From positions 1-64,000 of the forward strand of contig JASFYY010000038.1 in NCBI GenBank assembly GCA_045046875.1: 64,000 bases of DNA, read 5' to 3'. The notes below the pieces were generated by a model. That model was not told the DNA's origin. It made no database searches and was given only the letters and a program-made list of their open reading frames with translations. Source of the stretch: Verrucomicrobiota bacterium (lineage in GTDB: Bacteria > Verrucomicrobiota > Verrucomicrobiia > Verrucomicrobiales > DEV007). How positions within the stretch are numbered: the stretch's first letter is position 1; each line of letters opens with the position of its first letter. Both the position numbers and the translations under genes were made by a program. Shown here one piece after another: positions 31,408 to 41,301 of the stretch.

Positions 31408-32922
31408 TCACTTCATTTTCAGTCTGCGTGCCAACTGAGCCGCATGCAAATCACGCGGCTGGATCAAAGCTGGATCCAGCGGCTCGAACCACTTGCCCCC
31501 AGCATCTTTTATCGGCCGACCTTTACTGCTTAAACCGATCAAATTCATCGAATCGGGACCGAATGACTCACGCGGCCAAGTGAGGTTTTTCTTTGCGCGG
31601 ATATTCCAGAAAGTGCCACGGGCTCCACAGTGTTTGCCCAAATCACGTCCTCCTCCACAACGCCAGATTTCACTACCATCACCAACATCAAGATTGGAGA
31701 ACAAATTCTCATAAGGAGCTTTTTTGTGGTGATCAAGTGACAAGTTAACGCCCTTGCCGTTTTTATACACATTGCCATTACTCATATATCCCAGACCCAA
31801 GTCATGGATGAAATGAGTCTGAAGATCAAAATGAGTCACCAGATTGTCCATCCCTAAAAATATCCCATGATGCCCTGTCGTCCCTTTATACGCTTTACGA
31901 CGAGCATCCAAAACCAAGCCATCAATCGTCGAAAAGTGCCCGGTCAAATACACCCCGCTATCGCTATTGGATATACGCACATTCTTAATCCAACAATTCA
32001 CGACCCTAGTCATCGCGATCCCATTCAAACCACGCTCGGTGAAATGGCCACGATAGGGTTTCACTGGAAACTCAATCGACAAATCCTCAATCCCCACTTC
32101 ACTCACACTTGGATCAACCGTTTTCAAAACAGGCTTCCATTCGGCGCGTAAATCAAAACGTAAAGGCCGTTCCAAAGTCACTCTTTTCCCCTCAATCGAG
32201 GCTACCCGACTGATCAAGCGGGTTCGGATGGCTTTCTTGATTTTCTTCGTACTGCCTGGGTCTCCACTGTATAAATGATCGAGCAAGGTCTTCTTTTTAT
32301 CATCCATCACTTCCACTGACACGATCTGCCCCTTTTCCAACTTCACATCTTTCGTCAGGACGATATCCCGCCCTCCACGTATCACCGGAGAAACAATGTC
32401 CGCCACTTTTTTATCCCGATAACTGCCCTTGACCCAAATAAAACCACCCGACCACGAGTAGTTGGAAGTCGGTCGCCCACTAGTGGTTGCTCCCATGTTT
32501 GGACGAACATCTTCCAATTCCCGATTAATAAAAAGCACCGTCTTGCCCTCCCCGGCTCCACGTAAAACAATACCCGGTTTATTGATCCAAATAATATCGC
32601 TTAATAAATATCGTCCCGCTGGAATCAAAATCGCTCCCTTGTCCGTCGCTTCGATCGCCTTGCGGAAAGCTTCTGTGCAATCCGTTTTGCCATCCCCCTT
32701 GGCTCCAAAACGAATCACGTCAGTCACCACCGCTATTTTGGGCAAAACATCCTCTCCAAAATGATATCCGGCGTAAGAAAAATCCGGCAAGCGCCCCTCT
32801 GCCGTCCATCTTTCGCCTACCTTACCCCACAAATCAGAATACACTTGCCCCGGCAGTAATTCTGTTGAAAACAAAACAACAGCGAACAAAATACTAAATC
32901 GATCCATCCTTTGGTTTTTCAT
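31408..32922 (-). CDS. Exported beta-helix carbohydrate-active protein (pectate lyase 3/GH55-like superfamily)
   Basis: LPDFSYAGY, FGAKGDGKTDCTEAFRKAI, IPAGRY, VLRGAG; signal peptide. Confidence 0.8.
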   Translation of the reverse strand: MKNQRMDRFSILFAVVLFSTELLPGQVYSDLWGKVGERWTAEGRLPDFSYAGYHFGEDVLPKIAVVTDVIRFGAKGDGKTDCTEAFRKAIEATDKGAILIPAGRYLLSDIIWINKPGIVLRGAGEGKTVLFINRELEDVRPNMGATTSGRPTSNYSWSGGFIWVKGSYRDKKVADIVSPVIRGGRDIVLTKDVKLEKGQIVSVEVMDDKKKTLLDHLYSGDPGSTKKIKKAIRTRLISRVASIEGKRVTLERPLRFDLRAEWKPVLKTVDPSVSEVGIEDLSIEFPVKPYRGHFTERGLNGIAMTRVVNCWIKNVRISNSDSGVYLTGHFSTIDGLVLDARRKAYKGTTGHHGIFLGMDNLVTHFDLQTHFIHDLGLGYMSNGNVYKNGKGVNLSLDHHKKAPYENLFSNLDVGDGSEIWRCGGGRDLGKHCGARGTFWNIRAKKNLTWPRESFGPDSMNLIGLSSKGRPIKDAGGKWFEPLDPALIQPRDLHAAQLARRLKMK

Positions 32923-33080
32923 TTTTTGGTAACTCTTCAGGCGTTCTCCACTCTATCACCAAATTCTTTTCAGAATAAACCGCGAATAGAATGCTTTGTG
33001 ATGGTGGTTTCTTTAAAATCATATACCCAAAGTTGAAATGGAAGTTGAAACTTATTTGAGTTGGGGTTTTTTATTTTCCT

Positions 33081-33117
33081 TTTCTTATCCGCGTCCATCC
33101 GCGTAATCCGCGGTCAA
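33081..33117. repeat. Three tandem ATCCGCG units ending GTCAA
   Basis: ATCCGCG at 33087, 33097 and 33106. Confidence 0.8.
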
Positions 33118-33157
33118 ATCCTTTTGAAATGAACTGCATAAACCTAACAACCTACCA

Positions 33158-34456
33158 TTATTTCAACAAAGTCGGCTCTGCCCAAATCGCATAATTATTC
33201 TTGGCATCCACTTTAATTCCATCAGCTCTCGGCGTACTAAGTTTGAGTTCGATCTGCTTGAACCCATCCACTTCGCATTGCATCAATCGAGCCGGCTCGC
33301 TTCCATCCACGATCACTGACTCCAATATTTTGCCATCACCCATGATCGTAAACTCAACCCTGCCCTGTTTTCCCAGTTCAGGATGCAAACCCGCCCACAC
33401 GGTAAAGTTCTGATACACCCCCTTGGGCAACAGAAAAGTCAGCGAGCGTCCCATTCCCGCACTGATCCCTTCTGCAAACTTTTTCACTTCCACCGCTCCT
33501 GTATCCTCAATGCGCAAACTCAAAGGCGTGACTTGTTTTCCCTGCGCAAGGATCAAACCGCTCTGAGGACATCCCCAATTTGGTTTACTAAAAAACTGTG
33601 ATTGAGGATAATACAAACTCTCCGCCTCCAACGGAAAATAAGCGCTTATCTGAATTTTTTGCAAAGCCAGCCTACCTTCTTCCTCTATTTCCCCCGAGCC
33701 AAGACTCAACATCGTATAAAGCGCATCAGCCACGATCTGTGCGTCCATCGTAGCCGCCTTCAATTGCCATTTTTTAACTGCATTCGCATCCTCTGCATAC
33801 AAAGCCTGAATGATCGGAATCGTTGTGCTACGAGCATTGAGAATACCTTCATTCACTCGATGCAACAAACGCCACGCCGCTTCCTCCACGGTGATACCTA
33901 ACAACTTAGCCTGATAACCAGTGATACTCACATCAAGATCACCGCTCTCAATGGGACTGTGCAGCAGTTGTCCCTTCATCCCCTCACTCGGCGGCAAGAA
34001 CTGCTGCAACAAGGTGAACATATTATCACCTGGCACGGTGTGCGCCGGACTGCCATAATCTTCCAACTGATGACATACGGTCCCCATAAAACGAGCCGCC
34101 TCACCGATCTTACCCGCCCGCAAAGCCTCAACCGCCTTGCCCATGAAGTATCGCAGAGTTTCCAGATTCTCCTCTTGTTGCGCTGGCAGATGCAAATTGA
34201 GCAAATACAAAACATCCGGTTTTGATTCCATCTTGGCAAATCGGGCGTTCTCCTTATCACTATAAACATGATCAGGAATCAAACAGTAATCATCCCCCAA
34301 TTTTACCAACTCCCCCGCTAGTAACTTCTTATGGGCAGGCGGCAAAGTTTGTATTGCCGCTTTAGTGATGGCTATATGAGGAGTTCCCCAGGCGAATGCC
34401 GAAGATACAGGCAGTAAAAAAAAGAGTGCTACCCAGAGAAACGAATAAAATTTCAT
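33158..34456 (-). CDS. Exported Zn-dependent phospholipase C / S1-P1 nuclease-fold protein with a C-terminal NPCBM-like domain
   Basis: The mature N-terminus is WGTPH after AFA; IPD, HQLEDYGSPAH and HSPIE are trinuclear-Zn-type ligands. The C-terminus (FTVWAGL...VEFTIMGDGK...AIWAEPTL) is NPCBM/NEW2-like. Confidence 0.7.
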   Translation of the reverse strand: MKFYSFLWVALFFLLPVSSAFAWGTPHIAITKAAIQTLPPAHKKLLAGELVKLGDDYCLIPDHVYSDKENARFAKMESKPDVLYLLNLHLPAQQEENLETLRYFMGKAVEALRAGKIGEAARFMGTVCHQLEDYGSPAHTVPGDNMFTLLQQFLPPSEGMKGQLLHSPIESGDLDVSITGYQAKLLGITVEEAAWRLLHRVNEGILNARSTTIPIIQALYAEDANAVKKWQLKAATMDAQIVADALYTMLSLGSGEIEEEGRLALQKIQISAYFPLEAESLYYPQSQFFSKPNWGCPQSGLILAQGKQVTPLSLRIEDTGAVEVKKFAEGISAGMGRSLTFLLPKGVYQNFTVWAGLHPELGKQGRVEFTIMGDGKILESVIVDGSEPARLMQCEVDGFKQIELKLSTPRADGIKVDAKNNYAIWAEPTLLK

Positions 34457-34519
34457 ACTCCCGAATCTCGCGCAGACTTTCGCCCATGGCAAGCCCGACC
34501 CAAAACCCGCCTCTCTCTC

Positions 34520-34555
34520 GACCGGTTATTTGTCCGGCCGGACAAATAACCGGTC
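34520..34555. repeat. Perfect 36-bp spacer-less palindrome
   Basis: GACCGGTTATTTGTCCGG|CCGGACAAATAACCGGTC is its own reverse complement. Confidence 0.95.
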
Positions 34556-34588
34556 AATTTGAAAAGATCAGGAAACTCGCCAAACATC

Positions 34589-37500
34589 TCAAACTTCTAT
34601 CTCTTTCTCCACCGCATCCACCTCGCAGCTGCTCACTCCAAACATCACAAACAATACCGGCAACACCACCAAAGTCAGAACCGTATTACTGATGATGCCA
34701 CCAATCACCACCGTCGCCAAGGGCCGCTGAACCTCTGCCCCGACACCCGTATTCAACGCCATCGGAATGAATCCCACCGCTGCCACCAATGCCGTCATCA
34801 GCACCGGTCGCAACCGTATCCGGCAGCCTTCAAATACGGCGACCCGGACCTCTTTACCCTCGCTGATCAAATTCTGAATAAAACTGATCAATACCAAACC
34901 ATTCAAAATCGCCACTCCGCTCAAGGCAATGAAGCCAATCGCGGCACTGACCGTGAACGGCATATCCCGCAGGTAAAGTGCCGCCACTCCTCCCACTGCT
35001 CCCAATGGGATTCCGGTTGCCACGATAAAAACCTGACGCAGTGAATTCAAACTGAAAAACAATAATACAAAGATCAAACCGAGCGACAGCGGAACCACCA
35101 ACATCAAACGCTGGTTGGCGCGTTCCATATTCTCAAACTGACCGCCCCACTGCAAAGTGTAACCTTCCGGCATATCCACCTCCTCATCGATCTTCTTTTG
35201 TGCCTCAGCGACAAAACTGCCGACATCACGTCCGCGCACATTGGTCTGCACCGTGACCCGGCGTTTGCTCCACTCACGCTGGATCGTCGCCGGCCCCTCG
35301 GTCATGGTAATATCCGCCAATCTTTTTAATGGAATAAAAGGCCCTCCTTCAGTAGGGATCAAAGTATTGCCCAATAGTTCAACATCATTTCTTATCTTCT
35401 CAGGCAAACGAATCACCAAAGGAAATCTACGTTGCCCTTCACGAATTTCACCCACCTCAATGCCCCCCATCGCCTCAACCAATCCCAATATCGCACGAGT
35501 CGGAATCCCATATCGCGCGATCGCTTCCGGTTTCACTTTGATTTGCAATACCGGCTGCCCCGTCAACTGCTCGCCGGAAATATCCACACTGCCTTCGACA
35601 TCCAGTAGCACCCGCTGAATATCGTCCGATACACGAGTTAGCTTTTCAAAATCATCGCCGTAGATCTTGATTCCCACATCCGATCGAATCCCCGCTACCA
35701 TCTCATTCATTCGCATTTCGATGGGCTGAGTGATCGACATATTCAATCCCGGCAGATCCCGCAACAACTCATCAATCTTTGCCGTCAACTCAGCCTGTGT
35801 TTCGGCCTTGGTCCATTCCCCCCTTGGATTCAGAGCGAGAAAAATATCGGTCAACTCAGTGCCCATCGGATCCGTTGCCACTTCCGCGGCACCGATCCGG
35901 CTCCACGCTCGACCGATCTCATCCGGAAACTCATCCAGCAAAATGCGCTCGATCCGAGTATTGTAAGCTGTGGACTGCTCGAGATCGATACCCGCCAAAC
36001 GAATCACATTCACCACCAGAGCTCCTTCACCCAACTTCGGCAAAAACTCCCCTCCCATGCGCATCGCCATCGCAGCCGACACCACCACTAACGCCAGTGC
36101 GACCACCAATACCACATAACGCAAGCGCATCGCTGCCTTCAAAATCGGCTGGTAAAAATACTGCACCATCCGGATCAGCAGAGGGTCTTTCTCCTTCATA
36201 CTGCGCGGCAAAAATAAAGTTGCCAATACCGGCACTACCGTCAGAGCCAGAATCAACGATCCCAACAAAGCGGCAATCATCGTCAACGCCATCGGTTTGA
36301 ACAGTTTCCCTTCGATACCTTCCAGCGTCAGGATTGGCACAAATACGATAATGATAATACCCACCCCAAAAGCCACCGGTCGCGCCACCTCTAATGGTGC
36401 TTCTTTTAAAATCTTACTTCTTTCGTCAGGCATAAGTTTGCGACCGAGACGATGTTGTTCATCAGCGAGCCGCCTTACCATATTTTCCACCATCACCACC
36501 GAGCCATCCACCACCAATCCAAAATCCAAAGCACCTAAACTGAGCAAGCTCGCAGCGATGCCCGCCTCGAGCATGTAAGTGCCCGCGAAAACCAGTGACA
36601 ATGGAATAGCCGAAGCCACGATCAATCCCGCACGCAAATTTCCAATCAAAACAAACAATACCACTACCACCAATATCGCCCCTACCAGTAAATTATGGGA
36701 AACCGTTTCGATCACCTTGTCCACCAAATCCGTTCGATCATAAACCGTCTCCACCCGCACATCCTCCGGCAATGCTTTTTGCACCTGCTCCAGCTGCTTT
36801 TTCAAGTTGCGAGTCACCTCGTGACTGTTCTCTCCCATCAACATGAAACCCAGCCCAAGAACCACCTCACCCTTGCCATCCGCCGTCACCGCCCCGCGAC
36901 GGATTTCATGCCCAATCGCCACCTCGGCGACACTTTTCACCCGCACCGGAATGCCATCGACCGACTTCACTACGATATTCTCGATATCTTCAATCGTGGT
37001 CACAATCCCCACTCCGTGAACCAAAATCCCCACTCCCGATGACTTTAAAATCCCCCCACCCACGTTCTGATTATTCTTTTCCAAAGCTTCAAACAAGTCG
37101 TCAAAAGTCAGCCCGTATTTGATCAAACGCCCGGGATCGGTTAACACCTGAAATTGTTTCTCGTAACCTCCCCATGAATTGATCTCCGCCGTTCCCGCCA
37201 CCTTGAGCATCTCTGGCTTAACCACCCAATCGTGTAGCTCACGCAGTTCGGTCAACGTCCGATCCGGATTATCCGAACGCAGCACATAGTGGAACACTTC
37301 TCCCAAACCCGTCGAAATCGGCCCCAGCTCCGGTTTTGGAACTCCCTCTGGTAACTCCGCCGCCGACAGACGCTCACTGATCAACTGCCTCGCTGTGATG
37401 ATATTCGAATCATCATCAAAAGTCGCCACCACCTGTGACAAACCAAACTTGGAAACCGATCGCACATTATTTAAACCCGGCAAGCCACTCACCGCCAGCT

Positions 37501-37708
37501 CGATCGGCAGAGTGATCTGCGCTTCGATCTCGGTCGGATTCAAAGCCGGCGCTGTGGTATTGATCTGCACCTGAACCGGCGTGGTATCCGGAAAAGCATC
37601 AATCGGTAAATGCATCAATACCTTGCCTCCGATCAACACCCCGGTCAAAGCCAAGATGCAAACCATCAAGCGATTATTCAACGACCATGTGATCAATCCA
37701 TTTAACAT
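34589..37708 (-). CDS. czcA: CusA/CzcA family heavy-metal efflux RND permease
   Basis: LPIDAFPDTTPVQVQINT, LGALDFGLVVDGSVVMVEN, RLRPVLMTA, GAEVQRPLATVVIGG. Confidence 0.95.
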   Translation of the reverse strand: MLNGLITWSLNNRLMVCILALTGVLIGGKVLMHLPIDAFPDTTPVQVQINTTAPALNPTEIEAQITLPIELAVSGLPGLNNVRSVSKFGLSQVVATFDDDSNIITARQLISERLSAAELPEGVPKPELGPISTGLGEVFHYVLRSDNPDRTLTELRELHDWVVKPEMLKVAGTAEINSWGGYEKQFQVLTDPGRLIKYGLTFDDLFEALEKNNQNVGGGILKSSGVGILVHGVGIVTTIEDIENIVVKSVDGIPVRVKSVAEVAIGHEIRRGAVTADGKGEVVLGLGFMLMGENSHEVTRNLKKQLEQVQKALPEDVRVETVYDRTDLVDKVIETVSHNLLVGAILVVVVLFVLIGNLRAGLIVASAIPLSLVFAGTYMLEAGIAASLLSLGALDFGLVVDGSVVMVENMVRRLADEQHRLGRKLMPDERSKILKEAPLEVARPVAFGVGIIIIVFVPILTLEGIEGKLFKPMALTMIAALLGSLILALTVVPVLATLFLPRSMKEKDPLLIRMVQYFYQPILKAAMRLRYVVLVVALALVVVSAAMAMRMGGEFLPKLGEGALVVNVIRLAGIDLEQSTAYNTRIERILLDEFPDEIGRAWSRIGAAEVATDPMGTELTDIFLALNPRGEWTKAETQAELTAKIDELLRDLPGLNMSITQPIEMRMNEMVAGIRSDVGIKIYGDDFEKLTRVSDDIQRVLLDVEGSVDISGEQLTGQPVLQIKVKPEAIARYGIPTRAILGLVEAMGGIEVGEIREGQRRFPLVIRLPEKIRNDVELLGNTLIPTEGGPFIPLKRLADITMTEGPATIQREWSKRRVTVQTNVRGRDVGSFVAEAQKKIDEEVDMPEGYTLQWGGQFENMERANQRLMLVVPLSLGLIFVLLFFSLNSLRQVFIVATGIPLGAVGGVAALYLRDMPFTVSAAIGFIALSGVAILNGLVLISFIQNLISEGKEVRVAVFEGCRIRLRPVLMTALVAAVGFIPMALNTGVGAEVQRPLATVVIGGIISNTVLTLVVLPVLFVMFGVSSCEVDAVEKEIEV

Positions 37709-37868
37709 ATTTTTTCCTAGTAATGAGGTAATCCGCTACCTATAGGGCCATCGACTTCTAAAATTTGAAACTAAGCATCCAGACGATAGCTGTTTAGGCT
37801 ACAGGCTGCAGTATCACGTTGAGGCGTCTTCGCCTAGATACCTACAGTCTAAACAGCTACAGCCTGCT

Positions 37869-39497
37869 TTAGTCATCGACGCAACCAGCTCCCAATCGTG
37901 AAATCAAAAATTGAGACTTCACAATAAAGCTGCTTCCCGTCACCACCTGATCCCCTACTTTGAGCCCATCCAAAATCTCAATTCGACCATATCCTCTCAC
38001 ACCTGTTTTCAACATCCTCACATCAAACAAGTCGTCTTCCAATCTCACAAAAGCCACCGAGTTGCCTTCAATATCCTGAACCGCGCTTTGTGGTATGATC
38101 AAATTTTTAGAACTGCGATTGATGATACGTGCCTTGGCAAACATCTGTGCCTTCAACACCCCGTCTGGATTCAAAAACTCAGCCCGCGCCCTTGCCGTGC
38201 GAGTGCGCTCATCAACACTGGGGGCAATCCAGGTCAACTTGCCTTCAAACACTTCTCCGGAACGAGATTCAATCACTAATTTCACCACTTGTCCTACCTT
38301 TACTCGCTGTAGATCTGATTCCGGAATACTCAGAAAAGCCCACAACGATCGAGTATCCACCAACTTGAACAAAGCGGTGCCCGCTTCCAACCACGATCCT
38401 TGCACTGCATTGCGCTCCGCTATTTCACCAGCAAAAGGCGCGCGCAACTCCAATACCACTGCTTCATCTGGATTTTGGTTCAGGCGTTCAACTTGTTTGG
38501 AATCAAACCCTAGTGTCACCAACTGCTGGTAAGCCTGGCGCCGCTCCACTTCTGCCGTCTTCATCCTCGCCTCGGCTTCATCCAATTCCTGCTGCGAAGA
38601 AATCTTTTGTTTGCTCAGTTTCTGTTCGCGATCCAGTGCTTTCTGTGCCAATTCCTGCTGAGTCAAAGCCAACTGATATTTCCCTGCGGCCGCACTGATT
38701 TCCACCGACGACACCGTTACCAGCACCTCCCCTTTTTCAACTTTGGAACCTAGGTCCACCTCCACCGACTTAACTATTCCCTGCACCGGCAACGCAATCT
38801 CCGTCAGCCGATTCTCGTTAAAAGCAAGTTCCGCATACACTTCGATCTCATCAGAGATCTGCTCCACCGCTGCAGGTGTGACACTCACCCCGGCTTTAGC
38901 TGCCGCTTGTTTAGAAGCAAAACGAACCTTCAGATGATTTTTAGCCAGCATGTCGGGATGGCAAATCCCACATTCAGCTTCCAACACATTATGTTCATTG
39001 CACATCAGCCCGGCGGGCGATCCCGCTCCTCCCTTGTTAGCTTGAGGATTCTCACTTCCCTCCTCAGCCTTCGACGGCATGATGTCTGGGTGACAAATAT
39101 AACATTCATCTTCATAGAGAAAATGCTCTTTACACATCAAACGCCCTTTCTCTTTAAGGTCAGGATGACATTCAAAACAACGCTCTTCGTAACGCCCATG
39201 TTCTTTACACCACATCCGCTTGGGGTCCCGCATTTTCGGATTACAGATATAACAAAGATTCTCCTTCGTTTCATGGGGACATTCTTTGCCCCCCGGATCA
39301 GCCATTGCCATTTTGTAAGCCCCCAGAGGTGGCAATATCTTTACTATTTCAACGGCTGCAGGGCTAGCTGATCCTTCAACTTTTGTATCTGCATCAGTAT
39401 CTGTCGCCGAAGGCTTTTCACCGCTACACGCAGTGAGCATCACGGCTACTGCCAGCAACATGCCCGCCGTCGAATCCACTATCATTTTTAATTTCAT
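37869..39497 (-). CDS. czcB: RND periplasmic adaptor (CzcB-like) lipoprotein with N-terminal Cys/His-rich repeats
   Basis: LTAC lipobox; membrane-fusion core (LRAPFAG, VDERTRT..AR, IPQSAVQ); four C-x-(x)-H-x6-C-x2-C-[HN]-P repeats. Confidence 0.88.
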   Translation of the reverse strand: MKLKMIVDSTAGMLLAVAVMLTACSGEKPSATDTDADTKVEGSASPAAVEIVKILPPLGAYKMAMADPGGKECPHETKENLCYICNPKMRDPKRMWCKEHGRYEERCFECHPDLKEKGRLMCKEHFLYEDECYICHPDIMPSKAEEGSENPQANKGGAGSPAGLMCNEHNVLEAECGICHPDMLAKNHLKVRFASKQAAAKAGVSVTPAAVEQISDEIEVYAELAFNENRLTEIALPVQGIVKSVEVDLGSKVEKGEVLVTVSSVEISAAAGKYQLALTQQELAQKALDREQKLSKQKISSQQELDEAEARMKTAEVERRQAYQQLVTLGFDSKQVERLNQNPDEAVVLELRAPFAGEIAERNAVQGSWLEAGTALFKLVDTRSLWAFLSIPESDLQRVKVGQVVKLVIESRSGEVFEGKLTWIAPSVDERTRTARARAEFLNPDGVLKAQMFAKARIINRSSKNLIIPQSAVQDIEGNSVAFVRLEDDLFDVRMLKTGVRGYGRIEILDGLKVGDQVVTGSSFIVKSQFLISRLGAGCVDD

Positions 39498-39516
39498 ATT
39501 TTTATCGGGTTTGAGT

Positions 39517-40767
39517 TTAGTTTTTACTTTCAGTGAGATTAGATTTTCCTGAATCATCCATCAGAGCTTCGATATCTGCTTGCGAGCTTAATAACTTAAA
39601 TAATTTATCCTGATACATAAGCCAAGCAGCAGTCGTCGTGCGCTGCGTATCCAACAAATCAGTGAGAGTGAATCGCCCTTCGATAAAACCTTTATTTGCC
39701 AAACTAACTGCTTCGTCCGCTTTAGGCAGAATTCGGTCACGATAAGCCTCCACCTGGCGGACAGCAGCGACATAACGCTGATAAGAAGAACGCAGCTGGG
39801 TAGTCAAGGCCAACTCAACCTCTTTCAACTCGCTTTGAGCTATTTTAAGGTTCGCACCCGCCTCCTGAACCAAGCCTTTCCTATTATTAATAAGTGGAAG
39901 TGGCAAAGAGAAAAATAAGCCGAAAATATTTTCATTCGAAGTCCCGTCACGCCCCGCTAGGAAACGAGTGGTGAGGTTGGGCATCTTCTCCAACTGGGCA
40001 CGTTTAAGCGACAAATCCGCCCGATCAATGGATGCTCTGGCTGCAGCAATCTGCGGATGCTCCAGGATCACACTTCGTTGTTTGACTTGCTTGATTAAGC
40101 TGTGGTTAATAAAACCATTGAGATCACCTCCAATGTTCGCATCCACCAAAGCGACATTGCCAATCAAAGCCGCAAGCTTTTGCCGAGCCGTTACACTCAT
40201 CTGACGCGCTCCTTCAAGCTCAATCGCCGCACGTTCAGTTTCTATTTCTGCGCGCAACAGTTCCTGCACTGAAGCCCGCCCCGCATCCAATCGTTTAGTG
40301 ACGGATTGTGAAGAATTCTGCGTGAGTTTCAAAATTTCACCAGCAAGAGCGTAGCGACGTTTATTTACCAATACTTCATAAAAATTCAGCTTAACATCCC
40401 TGATCAGCAATACCTTGGCTGACAATAAATTGTGATTAGAAAGCACTACAGCAGCTTTCCCTATTTCGCGATCCAAGCGTTTTTTTCCAGGAAAAGGGAT
40501 CTCTTGTTTTAAACCTGCCTGCATCTGCCCTCGCCCGACGCCCCCTCTGAAAGGAGCCTCTCCTGCCATCAATATCAATTTGGGGTTCTCCCACTTCGAT
40601 GAGTCAATCCGCCGACCATCCGCAGCATTGATGTTTTGACGACTCATTTCAAAGCCAGGGTTCTGCGCAATCGCAAGATCAATAGCACGCTGTAGGGTCA
40701 AAGGCTCTTCAGCCAAAGAACTGAGCAAAGTTAATGTGAGAATAAATAATGTGAGAAATATACGCAT
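39517..40767 (-). CDS. czcC: TolC/CzcC family outer membrane factor
   Basis: LTLQRAIDLAIAQNP, FPGKKR, HPQI..A, G.FTLTDLLDTQR; immediately upstream of czcB. Confidence 0.88.
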   Translation of the reverse strand: MRIFLTLFILTLTLLSSLAEEPLTLQRAIDLAIAQNPGFEMSRQNINAADGRRIDSSKWENPKLILMAGEAPFRGGVGRGQMQAGLKQEIPFPGKKRLDREIGKAAVVLSNHNLLSAKVLLIRDVKLNFYEVLVNKRRYALAGEILKLTQNSSQSVTKRLDAGRASVQELLRAEIETERAAIELEGARQMSVTARQKLAALIGNVALVDANIGGDLNGFINHSLIKQVKQRSVILEHPQIAAARASIDRADLSLKRAQLEKMPNLTTRFLAGRDGTSNENIFGLFFSLPLPLINNRKGLVQEAGANLKIAQSELKEVELALTTQLRSSYQRYVAAVRQVEAYRDRILPKADEAVSLANKGFIEGRFTLTDLLDTQRTTTAAWLMYQDKLFKLLSSQADIEALMDDSGKSNLTESKN

Positions 40768-40858
40768 GATAAAAAATTAATTCAGAAAAGAGCCACTGCT
40801 TCCAAGGCGCAGCTTTGCGCCTCATAGAAACAATTAAAACCTGTGAAACAGGTGATAA

Positions 40859-41257
40859 TCAGGCGATAGCAGGTCCTCTCACCGGGAATCCAGTGCGCAC
40901 CAATACTTCACACAGCAGCGGCAATATTTGCTCTTCCGCTTTTTTGCAGGAAGAAATTTCAGCCAACTCTGCCTCGGGTAAAATCAAACTCAATGAGAAA
41001 AAATCAGCTAGCTCCTTACCAAAATCGTCCGCCAAGGGCAGCAACGACAATGAAGTGATTGTAAGCGCCCCTCCTATACGAGCAAAGTCGCAAAGCTCAC
41101 AATTTTCTTCGTCAGAGCCAGACTTTTCGCCCGCTAACCCACCGTCAACTACTTGAACAAGACTTGCGTGTTCAACCTCCCCCCACTGCTCGACCGAGCA
41201 ATGAAAAAAACATCCCACCCACATGAGTAGAACCAAAACTGTGATAAGTTTTTTCAC
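40859..41257 (-). CDS. Small exported Cys-containing protein upstream of czcC (DUF2946/CzcI-like)
   Basis: N-terminal hydrophobic segment with CFFHC, a CELC motif and C-terminal PVRGPAIA; first gene after the promoter. Confidence 0.65.
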   Translation of the reverse strand: MKKLITVLVLLMWVGCFFHCSVEQWGEVEHASLVQVVDGGLAGEKSGSDEENCELCDFARIGGALTITSLSLLPLADDFGKELADFFSLSLILPEAELAEISSCKKAEEQILPLLCEVLVRTGFPVRGPAIA

Positions 41258-41263
41258 TTGGCA

Positions 41264-41292
41264 AGGCTAAACACACACCACAAGTATGTCAA
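41264..41292 (-). promoter_or_regulatory. Sigma70 promoter TTGACA-N17-TAGCCT, 6 nt before GTG 41257
   Basis: Consensus -35 and 17-bp spacer read directly from the sequence. Confidence 0.7.
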
Positions 41293-41301
41293 GCCAGCGC
41301 T

